This document shows positions 37,640 to 51,740 of a stretch of 64,000 nucleotides of DNA, piece after piece. Both the position numbers and the translations under genes were made by a program. Position 1 is the first letter of the stretch, and each line of letters opens with the position of its first letter. Origin of the DNA: Lama guanicoe. Taxonomy: Eukaryota. A model generated the notes under the pieces. That model was not told the DNA's origin, made no database searches, and saw only the letters and a program-made list of their open reading frames with translations. The stretch spans positions 7,659,095 through 7,723,094 of the forward strand of contig MU054391.1 in assembly GCA_013239625.1 (NCBI GenBank). Direction: 5' to 3'.

Positions 37640-38130
37640 TTGTTAAATATTTATTTAGTCAACATTTTCCCAAGTGCCTGCTTTGTGTTAGGGGCCACCC
37701 AAATTCTGGACACTGGAGATCTAGACATAAATCAAACATAGGATTTGTCCTATAAAAACTTACACACTGCTGAGGAGAGAAGCTAGGAAAATAAATGATT
37801 AAAACAGGTTGACAAGTACTGTAATAAAGGTGGACACAGAAAGCAATTCAAATACAGGGAAAATGAAATGAATTGTGCTTCGGGAAGCTTTCAAGGTGGA
37901 AGCAATGTTTAAGACAAATTTTGAAGGATAAATAATGACTCCCAGTGAGGACACATTATAGGCAGAAGCAAAATGCTGTTCCCATCACAAGGACCAGATA
38001 ATAATAAGAATTTTAACTTGGGTATTGCTTCAGGGATATGATGGTGGGGAATGGTAGGAAATAAGTTTGAGGTCATAATTTGGACCCAGACTGCAAACAT
38101 TTGAATGGTATTCAAAGAACTTCAAAGTCT
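37640..38130 (-). mobile_element. L2 LINE 3' region
   Basis: 'ttatttagtcaacattttcccaagtgcctgctttgtgttaggggcc...ctggacactggagat'. Confidence 0.65.
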
Positions 38131-39659
38131 TGCTTAATAGCATTAGGGGAGGAGGGGCTGAATTCTAATTCAAACATCAGTTTTCCAAAACTCGCTTTCC
38201 GATCACTGTACTCATCTGTTGTTGCTTCCCTCTTGACATAAAAAAATACATGAAAAATTATATTTTGGGACATTGACTGAGAGCACTTACTGATCCATCC
38301 AAAGTTTCCTTCATCTCCTTCATTCCCTGCCCCTCTCTCTTTTTCCCTAAGCCATTGTCAAAGTGCTCGCTCAGTATCAGATCCTGAGCCTACATATTCA
38401 GAGATCTGTATAAAGTCACTGCCTTTAGGAGCTTTTAGTCTAATAAGGGAGGCAAATAAATGGAGAACAAGAGCCCAGCAGATGCACTAGGATGTTACTC
38501 AAAGATGCTGGGAGAACGCCTCGAGGTGGTGCCCTGATCAGAGTTCACAAGACTAGGGACATAAAGGTCTCATACCTGACCAGTTTAATTCCAAAGAGCC
38601 TTGCTTCATTGAATTCCCCGGTGGGGTGTTCTTATTTTGAAGAGGTCTTAATTACACTGCCCTACCTGAGAGTACATTTGCAGGTTAAGCTAATCTAAGA
38701 CCTTCAGACAATCTGAGTTGATGGAGTCGCATATGATAGGATTTGTGATGTTCTAGTATGGTAGTGAGGGGTCCTTCTGCTGCCTTTTAAATCACTAAGC
38801 AGTACATATTGTACTAATTTCAAGAAAGTCTTCCCCTGACTGCTGGCCAAGTAGATGCAGAGAAACGGGCTGGGGGGCAAACTCAATGCTTCCTGCCAGA
38901 GGAATGCTCCTCAGAAGCCACAAAAGTGATGCTTCATTATCCCGCCTCCTCCCACGTTAACTGTGCCTCCTAGTCCACAGCCATCTCTCAGAGGCAATGA
39001 CACTGAGCTTTTTTGTCTCCAGTGTGCGCCAGCCATGTCCCTGTGGTTAGCAGATGCATTGCTTTTGCAATGAAAGGCTAAATGAGCCTGAAAGGAAACC
39101 ACGAGTCTGACTGTAGAGGACTTATGTTCTCAACCTCCCTGAGTCATCAGTGAATTTACGAGCCAGGTGAGGAATTTACAGAGACGAAATGTCATGCAAT
39201 GATTCCCCAGAATGTGACTTTGGGGAAAAGGGAGAAGGAAAAAATGTTGGGATGACCAGTCTTCAGATCTGGAAACATTCTCCTATACTCCCATCCTTAA
39301 TTTTTCACCTTGTGAATTTTTCACGCATTCTAATATTCTGTTTTTCACTTTTCAGCTCGCCCTGAGGGAATATGGATTTTATTCTGGTTGTGATCTGATG
39401 CTTCTGCTTATAGCTGAGAGATAAAAATCCTTGACTTAAGAGCAATGGCATCTTCAGCTTGAACCATAAGGTTATCCCAGATTGTTGAAAAGGGAAGCAC
39501 TTTGCTTAATGGAGTATCAGTGGGGGGCAGTTGATTTTCCATGACTGTTGTTTTCATTAACTATATGAATTTCTTTTTTGTTTTTATGTATTTATTTGTT
39601 TGTTTGTTTATATTTATATGTATTTATTTACTTGAAATGTAGTCATTTTACAGATCAAA

Positions 39660-40070
39660 AGCCAACGTCCTTCTGTGATGCTCTCTCTACCCCCCAACAC
39701 GTCCTCCGAGGCTGAGTAAGGTACCCTTTTGGCACCTCTATTGTAACGTATCTCAAGATCAGTTTTGATTATCTGTTTTTTGTTGTTGCTGTTATTTGCT
39801 TCCAGACATATTACGAACTCCTTGAAGCTGGAACTCTTACTTTTATCCTATAGTCCCACTGTAGAGGCTTGCACCTGGCACAGAACATACTCTTAGTAAC
39901 TTACGGAATATGTTATTTTACTTATTGATTCACTGAATTTATGAATTCAGTGCTTATTTACTGAGTATGTACTGTGTGCCTGGTTTGGTGCTTCTTGCTG
40001 GGGACACAGCTGAAAGGAAGGCAGCTGTTTTCTTGCTTTCAGAGACTATCAAGTGAAGAAACAAGTTTAA
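39660..40070. mobile_element. Two L2 3' ends, tail-to-tail
   Basis: Plus-strand L2 end 'cctggcacagaacatactcttagtaa' faces minus-strand L2 end 'tttactgagtatgtactgtgtgcctgg...gctggggacacag'. Confidence 0.7.
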
Positions 40071-40346
40071 AAAATGATTCTCACTTGCACTATTTCATTC
40101 AATAAGTGCATATTATCCTTCCAATTATTTAGAAAACAAAACCAGGAATTACAAAAGGGTTAGGTAATTTGCCCAAGATTTTTTTTGGCTAGTAAGTTAT
40201 AAACCAGAGTCCAGGTTCCAAGGGACCATTTTATAGGTGAACTCAAAGATATTGGCTTAAAAGGCGGAATGTCACAGAAGTGACATCATTACTTTTAAAA
40301 ATTACTCTCTCCATGATTTCTTATGACTTCAGGTTTTGGCCTAGAT

Positions 40347-40534
40347 CAGTGCTCACTGAAAGGACCACCCCCCCCACTGTGATGAAAATGTCCTACATCT
40401 GCACAATACACTATGCTAACTACTTGTCACATACATCTGTTGAGCACTCGAATTGTGTCTAAAACATTAGACACTGAAAGAACTGAGTTAATTAAAAAAA
40501 CTTGTACTAATGGCTACCATATTGGATAGCACGT
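40347..40534. mobile_element. MER3-like hAT MITE
   Basis: 'cagtgctc...tgatgaaaatgtcctacatctgcac...gttgagcactcgaa...tggctaccatattggatagcac'; TSD-like GCCTAGAT/GCCTAAAC. Confidence 0.75.
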
Positions 40535-42079
40535 GCCTAAACTCTAAGTGAATGCTACTTTGTTAATATCCATGACAAGTCATGGTATCAAAGAATGAGC
40601 AGAGAAACAAGATTATTTTTATGCTGGGGAAAAAAAAAACAACTCCTTACTGAGAATCTGGTCTTTCTCAACACACAGCTTGGCTTCCCATCACTTTGAA
40701 ATACGTTATCAGCTTAAGGGTCAGAAAATCTTAGATCCCTATGTTCAAGGACCCAATTTTAGTCAGTCTTAGGCTACACAGGGAAGCTTATGTACTAGGC
40801 ACACATCACAAGAGCCAAAAGGGAGTATGCTTTTAACAAATCCTTGGAACCTAGAGGCCAGGGCTGAACAGAGAGGAGGAAACGCATAGAGTCTACATTT
40901 GAATTAAAGAGCTATGACTAGAACAAACCATCCTTAGATGTGAGTTAGAATCCAATGCCTAGGACTTTGATGCACTCCCTTCCAGCTGTTCTCATGCATC
41001 TTATCAGAGATGCCTTGTTACCTTTGTGTTTTTTGGGAAACGATTACATTAGCGGATGAGAAACTGACCTTTTCATACAAACACACTGCAGCTAACTTCC
41101 TGCTGAGAGGCTGTAATAATTACTAATGTTTACACATTACTATCACTGTTGTCCCCTCTCTACATGCACAGAAACTCTGATTCAAAAAGTTTAAACTGCT
41201 TGTTCAAACCATCCAGGTGTCATCTGTTCTTCCATAGTTGGTGATTTTCAACAAGCCAGTCTTCATCTCTCTTACCCTGAGCCCTGCTTTGTCAGGGTTT
41301 TCCACCTTGAATATAATGCATCAGAACGCCCAGCCACATGTATGCGGGGGCACAGAAGGGCTCTGCGACGGACACCTCTGGTGGGGAAAGGAGGCAGTGT
41401 GGGCTGAAGCCACCCCTGCCACCTTCACATGGGATGCCTTTGAGTCCCAGCTTGAGAATCACCTCTTCTGGAGAGTCTTGAATCAGCTATCTGCTACTTA
41501 CCCTTGGTCTTTCTTAAAGCCAAACAATAACAGCTGGTATGAATACACTGCACAGAGTAGTTCTGCTTATTCGTTCTCATGCAATGTGCGTAACCCTCCT
41601 GTATCATCCCCTCTTTAGAGATGAGGATGGTGAGATTGCACAGACCGTTAACAACCTGATTTGGCTTCAAATTAGCTACTGAGAAAGAGGTTTTGCTTGG
41701 TTTTAACTACTTAGACAGGTACTTGTCGTTGACCGAATGCAGCAGAATCGTTTACTCCTTAGGCTGTGTCTGCAGAGTGGCATCAGAACCAAACCTTCTG
41801 TCTGGAACAACTTCGCAGACCTCTTCCTGGGGTGAACCACAGCCTGACACTTGATTATTCCAGTTGATTCCAACAAGAGACATTTGCCTTTACTTCTTTT
41901 GATATCACTCAATTAGGTAAGGTTTCTTTTTTTCCATCTCTCCATTTATTGTGTGTTGTTTATGAAAACATTTTTTTTCAGATACTGAGAATTCATTCAT
42001 CAGAATAAGCAGAGACCTCTAGTGCTGTCCTCCCTGACTCTGAATTTTCCAGAAGAAACATGGTGGGCTTTGGTCTCAA

Positions 42080-42270
42080 AGGGACCGTCTTCAAAGAGCA
42101 GTTCTGGTATGAAGTGACTGTGAGACCTCAGGCAGGTCATAGCACCCCTGTGAGTCTCAATTTCCTCAACTGTGTACTGAAAATAGTGTTTGCCCTATAG
42201 ATTAAATAAAACTGTTCAAATATTTAGAAGACTGAATGGCCCAGAGTAGGTTCTTATTACAATGCTAACA
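42080..42270 (+). mobile_element. MIR SINE
   Basis: 'ctgtgagacctcaggcaggtcatagcacccctgtgagtctcaatttcctcaactgt'. Confidence 0.7.
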
Positions 42271-43199
42271 ACTCTGAAAGTATAAATAATATATTCCAGA
42301 TGCTTGAAGAATAGTCCAAAGAGCAAATGTTTGCCTCATTATTGAATAATGTGATATGATGTCCCAAATTTTGGTTTGAAAGACGTGATTACTCCTTATA
42401 GCAAGCAAACAAACCAACAGAGAAGCTACTTCATCCCTGAAGATTTCATTTCCTCCAGCGTTTGTCCCTAAGCTTTGAAATCATGACTACTGATGGTCAA
42501 TTGTTCAACAGACTCTATCCTTTGCCTACCACTCAGTTGGCTTTCTAGAGCATCTCTGTGTACACATTCACTAAGCCTCCAATACAGCTAAGTACACAGA
42601 TTCAACCTTCAGAGTCAGACCTGTGGTAATAAACAAGATCTTCCTGTTGTCTGTTAATTATCAAATAAAAACAAAGGCAATCCGATTGGCAGAGGTGCTG
42701 CGATGTTATTTAATCAAACCCCTCAGTTTCAAAAGGGGCAAATAAATCTAGGAAGGGCAAATCTTTGACCAAGATGGTAAAATCCATGGATTAGCAAGAG
42801 CTAGAAGTGGGGTTCAGGCCCTCAAGTCCTGGCTATCAAAGTGCTAAGCCCTTCCCCCAAAGGCATTTCAAGTTGTGCAAATCTGAGCTGTGCCCATGGT
42901 CAGCTCTGCTCGGGGTATTTCTGTAGTAGGGCTGTGATCATCCTGGACCCACAGCGCTGAGGACAAACTCAGAAGTTGGTTTCAGTGTCCCTGGGCCAAA
43001 TCCCAGGGACAATTACGTCTATACGGATGGCCTCCTGAGACAGTAAACACCTACAGAGGTGTCACGCTCAACTGACGACTGCTGCCAGCTCTGTCCAGCA
43101 GTCGGAAAGGAGAAATACCACTTATTCCAAGACAATACGGCATCCTTACTAGACGGCCTGGTTTGAGGCTGTCCCCAGACCGCATGGTGACGCCAGAAC

Positions 43200-44070
43200 A
43201 CTTGGTTTCCATTCCATTTAATTCACAGTAGCATCCACTTGCATCATGCCTACACAATTCACTTTGACCTCAGCCTCTACATGTAGCGAATCAGAAAATC
43301 CTATTGTCTCTACCTCCTAACTCGTCTTCAAATCCACTTACTTTCTTGTGTCCTGAAAACCACCAGCTCCTTCTGGCCGTTTGTGTCCCTTGCCCGCTCT
43401 ACCATACATCCATACCACTCTTTCTCCTCCCTCCAATCCATTCTCCACACAGTAGCCAGATAAGCCTTTCTAAAACCTAATAGCAATGACGTCTTGATCA
43501 AAAGCGTCTTCACTGTTCATAAGGATCTTCGTGATCTGGTGCCCGCTGATTTCTCTAGTCTCAGATGGTACTGTCATTTTTTTCCCTCCCTAAAGTGCAG
43601 CTTATCTGTCCTCTCCATTTTGTAATCGTCTCAAGCTCTCTCTCACCCTCTGTCCTTCACACACTGTTCCCTGTACTGTGCTGGACCTCTTCCTTTGGCT
43701 TGCTTCCTGCTGACTTAGCATTTTGAGTCTCAGCTTAAATGTCAGCTCTTCCAGGTGTCGTTCTGCGGGCTCCTGACATTATGTCCACACCTTGCTGTAA
43801 TGGTCCCAGAGCGCCTCCCCTACTGGAGCACTCATCACATGTGCTTATTTAATTGCCTCTCATTATGTCCTCGTTATGCTGTAAGCTCCGAGGAGGGTAG
43901 GGACACCATTGGATCTCCAGCACTGGTCACAAGGCTTAAAATATAAACTCCTGCAGGGCAAGGAATGTAGATAGTTACCATTGTACCTGTTTTCTTCCCG
44001 CTACCACAGAACTTAGCACAGGGTCTGATACCCAGTAAGCCCGCATCACAGTTTGCCGACTGAAACAAAT
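43200..44070 (+). mobile_element. L2 LINE 3' region
   Basis: 'ctccaatccattctccacacagtagccag...ctttctaaaac', 'tctcagcttaaatgtcagctcttcc' and 'tgtaagctccgaggagggtagggac'. Confidence 0.8.
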
Positions 44071-44664
44071 GGAAACATTCGTTGTTGTTGTTCTAACCAC
44101 TGAAATGTGGCATCACGTTAACAATGCCAGGGAGCGCGTGTGTGGTCCAGATCCACAAAAAAAAAAAAAAAAAAAAAACTCTGTCCAAAGCTTCTGCATT
44201 TGGCCCAGATTTTCAACTAGAAGAGCCTCGATTCAAATGGAGGGTGAACTGCTAGTCCTCAGAGTCAGCTGGGGATGCTGAAATGAATCACCAAAGAGAG
44301 GAGGCAGCACCAGGACAGCTCAGCTTCTTAAAAGAAGAAAACCAGAAATAAGATTTGAAATCTGACCTCAATCAGATTCATGCAGGCAGACAGGCTCAAA
44401 ATGTTGTTTCTTCTCAAGGGGTGTGTGATGGAGGGGACTCGTGATCAGAACTGAGCTCTCCAGGGCCCTTCAGCATGGGGATGTGGTACCAAAATCTGGC
44501 TTGAGGTTTCACGGAATCCATCACTTTTACTAGAAAGGGTTTAATCACCAAAGTGTGGGATATCCTTCGGGAGTGCTGAAAACACTTTAATTGACGCAGA
44601 GACAGAGCATTCAGTCTCTTCTCCAGAAGATGTACTCTTGTAACAGATGAGGAATGCAGTGTGC

Positions 44665-44668
<4 letters not shown>

Positions 44669-44706
<38 letters not shown>
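44669..44706. repeat. (GT)19
   Basis: Directly visible. Confidence 0.95.
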
Positions 44707-44708
<2 letters not shown>

Positions 44709-45059
44709 CTTTTTTTCTTCCTTCTTTATGCTCCCCTCAGTTAAATTCCATAAGTTGTCAGCAAATAACCTCCAAACCGAGAAATACGATCAAGCATCAC
44801 ACCCCGTGCGGCTGGCTGGGTGGTGCCTCTCTTGTTCGGCTTGGTTTCAATAGACTGTAATGTTCTGAGGGATAAGTGTTCAGAGGAAACTGACAGTTAC
44901 AGATGAAGGTCAGCTCGCAGCAGCTATCTCTGCTGAATGAGATAACATCAGAACCCACTCGAAGTGCCGAAGGCAAATGTGAGAGCCGGCTCATAAAGGA
45001 GGCCACAAGAGAAAGCTCCTAGCAGCTGCAGGGGTGTCTGGACAAAGAGAGACTAGAGT

Positions 45060-45250
45060 TGAATACCTACTATGTGCAGACGTCATAAATGTATTCAATC
45101 TTGATAATCTACCTACTGTAATTCTTTTTAGAGACAAAAGATCTGAGGATCAGAGAAAGCAAGTGACGGGCTTCAGGTCAAAGATACACTTTTCAAGCTG
45201 AGGTCAAGTTTATCCAGCCAAGGAGCCTCTCCTGTTCACTTCACCAAGAC
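45060..45250 (-). mobile_element. MIR SINE
   Basis: 'ttgaatacctactatgtgcaga...ctgaggatcagagaaagcaagtgac...aggtca'. Confidence 0.65.
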
Positions 45251-46999
45251 ACCAAGCGCTCACTGTCCCCTGGCTGATCCCACCCTCCTCCCATGTGTTG
45301 GCTTAAAGGTGTTTGCTGGAAAGTCTGTGATGAACAGAATGCCTAGCACATCACAGGGCTCCTGGAGGAACCCCACGTCTTTGCTGTGAAGAACTTTTCT
45401 TTCCAAAAAATAGCACAGCAGACTTACATAGTGATAGATAAACTGAGTCTCATTAAGTCACTTGCCTAGTGTCACACAGTCAGGATGGAATTCAGTTGTA
45501 GTGGAGACAAAATTCTATGCTCTTTCTACCACTCTTCATTGCTTTTAAGAGACGTAGAAAAAGTTCGTCTGAATTTTTATTTTTACTGTTTTACATCCAT
45601 AAGCCTCTGTGCCTGTATGTGTCTGTGCTCGTGTTTGTGTGTCTTTTCCATCCTGTTGGTTCTCTCTCTTAAACTGAAAGTTCATAACTCGGTTAGTTTG
45701 AGTTCTAGTACCGTGGGGACCACATATACAGCTTCTCTCAACTGATGGTCACGATGGTCCAGGAAGCTGTGAATAAGCTCCTCCCTGCTCGTAACCTTGA
45801 AGTTCCCTGATTTCACTCACCGCTGTGATGGTCTGAGCCCACAATATAATTAGAGAAACTAGTTCAAATCGCAAAGGAGGTAACTCCTTTGGATAAAATA
45901 AAACATAAATTATAACAACCAGTATGGTACTTGTAATGATGTTCACTTCGATCACGTAGGATATGATTCTACCACTGGTTAGCACTTGTAGGTGTGGTTG
46001 AGGACTGTCTGCAAACCATTTCAAAACAGACAACGATCTCCCAGAGAAGGTTATAGCTTGACTCCTCCATCTCCTCAATTCTTTCATTGTGTTACTTACA
46101 ACGTCCTCTTCCCTGCCCCCTCAGCCCCTGTGCACATCTGCCTGACATGAGATACCAGAATTATCTTCCTCGGGCACAGTCAAATCATGGGCAGACTTAT
46201 TTGCTATGTCAGATGTGTTCAACGCTTTCTCATTGCTGATACATTGAAGTGCAAAAGCCCTGGCCTGGTAACCTGGCATTGAGACCGTCTATGAGCTGGC
46301 ACCCTGCTCTGTGTGTGCCTCACGCCCCGCTACACGTTCTTACAGACCATCAGTTGTAGCCTGAACTGTTCAATTATCTTATCAAAGGATGTCTCAGAAT
46401 AAGAAATCCTCAGGTTATGACTTGGTAACTTTCCAATGGGATGCTACGTCTCTTACTACTTGAGGGCCCCAGTTTGTAATTGTGTGGCACATATACACTG
46501 ATTACGTGGACTTCTTTCTGAATGATTCTTCCCTAGTCCCGCTATAATTTTTGTGTTTACAATCGAAGCATGATTTGTCTTTTCAGGAACTCCAGAATTA
46601 AATTAGAATTTTAAATGATTAATTTAGGAAGGCTAGTTGTTCCTGTAAACCTTTCAGAGGTCTCTGTCATGTAGGTAACATGCTATGAGATGTGAGGGTA
46701 TTGAAAGTTGGAGAGAGAGACACCTAGATTGTCATGAATGGTACATTTTAAGTGAAGCTAGCCCGATAGTAGGATTACATGTCTCCAATCTGGTAGACCA
46801 CCCTAGTCTCTCTCTGAAACCCCTCCAGCCTGCAAGATATGTTTTTCAGAATAACAGTTCTTGCATGGATTTACTAGATGGCTCAGCCCCTCATATCTAA
46901 ACAGAAATTGGTCTTTGTTCTCATAACTCAACTCTAGAAAAAGAATAAAAACACTGTCTGAAACTCGTGCTATGAGTTTTAAACTAAAACTTCCTCAGT

Positions 47000-49900
47000 T
47001 GGAAGACACGGGAGAGGAGACGGAATCAACCTGTTGGTTCAAGTACGCATACTACTTGCCTTTTGTCCCAGATCCCTAGAGATTACAGAAAAAAAAAGTA
47101 TAGAAACATGTAAAAATTAATAAAATAATAGCAGCCCTAAAAAGCAAGGAAGAGCACCATGATTTTTAAACAAAAAAAAAATCTTGAAATACTGATATTT
47201 ACAGTCAAATAGAGATTCTCAAATACTGTGAATAGAGAAGTAAGAATAAACTAATATTTTAGGAAAATAAGCTAATAAAAGAGGGACACAAAACTCAAAA
47301 CAAACATGTTACACCTAAAGAAATGAGAATGAATGTCGGAAAAGAGAGACAGAGAATTGCAATCATTAACAGTTTCAGATAAACAAAAACAAAATTACTT
47401 AAGAAAGAGAGTTTTTGAGATCATGGGCATTAAAAGTGTGATGTTTAAGCCAAAGGTGCTGGGGCTGGATGGTAGACAGGAGAGTCCTCAAGAAAAAATG
47501 AACAAACTGGGCGTTTGAGCCACGGAATTTCTCCAGAGTGCAGCCCAGAAGGACTGAGAGGTATGAAGTCGTATAGAAAAAGGTTAGAAACAGAAAGTAG
47601 AGATCCAGAAATTCCAGCATCTTTTTAATAAGCATTTCACATATATAAAATATAGTAGAAGAACTAGTCAAAGCAAGAGGAAAAAAATTCAAGTCTTCAG
47701 AATGAAAGAAACAAGGAAATGACAGAGAAGACGAAATGATGCTGACATCAGTTAGTCCTGGCATGACATGTTTTCAAAAAATGTCTAAGAACTACAGAGA
47801 AAATTCAGATTACAATCAAGAAAACAAGGTTTTCCTAGGAAGTTATCATTGGCCATCCAGGTGGATAACGGTGATGGAGATTTGTGTTTAATTTTGAGAA
47901 AAGTAATGAAGAATTTTGAATTTGATTCCCAATAAATCCACCCATCATTCACATGTAAAAGCAAAGTAAAAATGTTTTATATAACAAAGGCCTCAAACTA
48001 TAAAGTGCTCACGGGCTAGCTCTGAAAGTTTTATTCAAATTTGGACTCCAGCGAAATATAAATTCAATCCAAGAAAGAGGAATACTTGGATATAAGAAAG
48101 AGTGTTGGGGCAAAGAAGTCAGTGCAACAGCTCCTGGCCGTTTACAGAAGAGAAAAAACTGAAGGCTGATGAGCATAGGAAGAGACGGTCAAAACTTTCA
48201 GCAATCAGACAAATGCAGATTAAAGACAAACGAAACAATCCTTCATTAAAAAAAAAAAAGTCTTGCAAGAGTCAGAGCAGGATAGCACTAGCTGTTGACA
48301 AAAAACAAACAAACAAACAAAAACCAAAAAACAAAAACCCCAACCCCCCACCAAAACCCTAAGGAGAATACATGTTAAATTTGTAGATCAGATAAATCAC
48401 CGTGTTGGAAATTTTAAAATATATGAATCTATAACATATAAAGTACCACTTATCAAAACCTATGAGATCCAGATAAAGCAGTGTAATCCAGGGAGTGTAG
48501 CGGCCTCAAATAAACATATTAGTAAAACAAAAGGAGGAGAGAAAGGTTGAAATATTTATGAGCTGTGTTTATTAAAAAGCAAGAAAAAAATATGAATTAA
48601 TGGAAAGAATGTATGAGAAAGGAGAAACCAAATATTGAAATAGAAACTCACATAGAGCAGTTAAAAGATACAATAGAAAGGAATCGTAATGACAAAAATT
48701 GTGTCTCTGAAAGTGCTAAGAGCAGAAAAGCTTGTTGGGCATGTGGGTAAATAAAAGGTAAGGCACAAATAAACAGTTTTCAGCATGAAAAGGGGTACAC
48801 AACTAAAGACGTATGATCAGTAATAGTACATAGAATGAATGAACCGTTTGCAAGTTACTTTGATAACAAAGTTTTTTCGAAAATTATCAACCAGAACTTA
48901 CACAAACAGGGAAAGTTTTAGAAGTCTATCAAAAAAATTGCTTAAAGAAAAGTGAAATAAAGATGTTTTAAAATATCCAAGTCTTCTGAATGTGTGGTGA
49001 TTACTATTTCAGATGATTATTTAAATTTTGACGCTAGCAAAATACAAATTAAATCCAAGATGTAATTATAAGTGCAGTTGTTGGAATCTACTTCCATGAG
49101 GTCCATTCTGATTTCAGGATTAGTTCCACAAAAGATCATTTCCAATATTACTCACTTTGATCCACAGAACAGAAAATTAGGTAATTATGCCCAAATCATC
49201 TTATTATCTTGACAGTAAGACCAGAGAAGAATTGCATAACAAAGGAAAACTCAAGCTTAATCTCTCTCTTTAATGTTAAAACAAAGACTTCTAAATAATA
49301 TGAATAGAAAACCAGACGCGGTTGTAGATTAAGAAAAAATTCATGTGCAGGTTGGGTTTAGCCTAAGAAAGCAAGGATGTATTAATATTAGACGTTTATT
49401 AATGGGATGAGTCATATGAATAAATTAGTTCTAAAACATATGTTCATCTCACTAGTTGGAGAATAATCGTCAATAAAATTTAAAATTTATTCATGATCTT
49501 AAAAATCTGAAGCTAAGATAGAAGCAACTTCTTTAATCTTGATTAAACCTTTGAACCAAAGATATACTACAAATACTGCACTTAATGCTAGGAATTTTTT
49601 TTCCCAAATATTCCCTTTACAATCAGAGAAGGGAAGAGGAAGTCCAATGTGACCTCTTCTGCCTGATATTACACTGGAGGTCTTACGCTGTGCTGTCAGT
49701 ACTGTAGCCACAAGTCACACGTGACTATTGACACTAGCAATGGAATGGGTCCAATGGACACAAGTAACATGCACACTAGATTTCAAAGACTTGGTATGAA
49801 ATATCTCTCCTGTCATTTTCTCTTGATTAAATGTTGAAGTGGCAATATTCAAGATGTAATGTCTAAATATATTATTAAATTCAATTTAACTTGTTTATTA

Positions 49901-50520
49901 CTTTTTTGTATGGCTACTAAAAAATGTAAGTTTAAACATGTGGCTTTTATTTGTTTCCATTGGACAGGGCAGCCCTAGATGTTGCAACAAACGAAGAAAA
50001 ATAAACAGAATGCATCTGGACTGCAAATGAAGAGCAAAACCATTATAATTTTTTTTTATAGTTGCTGTGATTATCTACCTAAAGAAACCTAAGTAAAATT
50101 AAAAGACATTTCAGCAATTTGAATAGGTTAGAGGTCAAAAATAATTTTCTTATATATCATCAGAATACAATGGAAACTTAAAATTTAAAATGATACCAGT
50201 TATAACACTATACCAAGAAAAAGGTATGTTACCAAGGAATGAATCTAAATAATCACTGTTCATGAGACTTTGGGGGAAAAAAAAAACTATATAACTTTAT
50301 TTACAGCCAGTAAAGAAAATTTAATAAAGAACTTAAAAAATTTCGTGTAAGCATTCTCAAGGGAAAAGTGCCAATTATTTCTAAAGTAACAAATTAAAGA
50401 CAAGTAAAAATATCCAAAGTATATATCATAAATCTGGCAAAGCTGAATTTAACTGTACATGGAAGGGAAAAGCTACCAAAAGTAAGCCAAACTATTTTGG
50501 AGTTGGTTAATAAGGTTATT
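47000..50520 (+). mobile_element. Long, highly degraded ancient L1 (ORF1/ORF2 relics)
   Basis: A-rich strand bias over about 3.5 kb; ORF2-like 'caaaacctatgagatccagataaagcagtg', 'caataaaatttaaaatttattcatgat' and 'attatctacctaaagaaacct'. Confidence 0.7.
49688..49971. mobile_element. MER33-like hAT MITE nested in L1
   Basis: 'tgtgctgtcagtactgtagccacaagtcacacgtgactattg...cacactagatttcaaagacttggtatgaa...atgtggct...cattggacag'. Confidence 0.75.
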
Positions 50521-50539
50521 CAGAACTTGATCCACGAAA

Positions 50540-50712
50540 TCTCCACTTCTTACAAAGACACCACTCATTGAATTAGAGACCAACTCATATGACCCCATTT
50601 TACTTTAATTATCTCTTTAAAGGCCTCATCTCCAAATATAGTCCATTCTGAGATATTGGGGGTTAGGATTTCAACATTTAAATTTTGGAGGAACACAATT
50701 CAGCCCCTAATA
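50540..50712 (-). mobile_element. MaLR LTR 5' fragment (MLT1B/C-like)
   Basis: 'aaggcctcatctccaaatatagtccattctgagatattgggggttaggatttcaacat...acacaattcagccc'. Confidence 0.8.
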
Positions 50713-51309
50713 CCAGATAATGGATGCAATCTTCATACAAAACAGAAATCAAAAGGGAAAACTTTTTAAAACCCACTAGATAATTATATACAGGTTCTTT
50801 TCTCAATTCATTTCCAGGAAATTAAACTAAAAAAGGTGAGAAGAGAGCCAGTGCTATATATAGTAAGATCTAAAAGAGATACGTGTAGGAGCCAAGAATG
50901 GGCTCTAGATGAGAGGCCCAAGTTGAGACGACGAATAAGGATGTCTGAAACGGGTTCTTCCTGGGGCCTGGCCTGGGGATGCACTCATTGATCAACGATA
51001 CTGAGTTCATCAGGACACTGAAAACTCAGGTTGTGACCCAAACTCTGCCTTCAGCATTTTGCTGCCTGTACGTTCCCTCTCTCCACTGCTTAATATGTGA
51101 GCACTCCATTGTTTCTAGAAGAAGCATTAGATGTCACTTCCTCCCATCACCAGTGACATGCTTTGCATCTTGTGAATGTTGGACACAGCCGTCCTGACGA
51201 AAATGTCCCCATGTATTTCTACTGCGTATTCATGACTAACTTTCAAGCCGTCAGAGGATGGATGGTACCTGAGTCCAGTTGTTAGCCATCTAATCTAACC
51301 TCTTGGAAA

Positions 51310-51740
51310 AAAACAAAAACAAAAACATGGACTCATTCATTGAACACTTACTGATCACTTGTGGGGAGGCACACACTATACTGGGTTTGGAAACACACGG
51401 CTGAGAAGAAAGGGCTGAATTCAACACCTGCAGCCCTGCCATCACCTCTGACCCCCCAGGTGGTTTCAGTGCCTCCGTGAGTCTTACAGTTAGGTTGTCA
51501 ATGTCTAGGAAAAAGCCTGACTTGATTTTTACCCAGACTGTGCAGAGGATACAGATCAATTTGGTTGAATATACTTCACACCAAAATATTGAGGCTTCCC
51601 ATCAATGAACATGGTGAGCTGCTCCATTTCTTTAAATCTTTAATTTTTCTCAGCGGTGTTTTATAGTTCTCAGTATTCAAGGCTTACACATCTTTCTCTG
51701 GATTTATCTTGAAGTATTTCATAGTTTGATGTTCAAGCAT
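51310..51740 (-). mobile_element. L2 tail followed by an ancient L1 fragment
   Basis: 'ctcattcattgaacacttactga' (L2); 'tacagatcaatttgg...aatattgaggcttcccatcaatgaacatggt' (L1 antisense). Confidence 0.65.

Noticed and set aside
41718..41922. Plus-strand exon ending at a strong AG|GTAAGG donor (41917)
   Set aside because: The acceptor is ambiguous and overlaps a MIR, no convincing reading frame is present, and isolated donor motifs are common.
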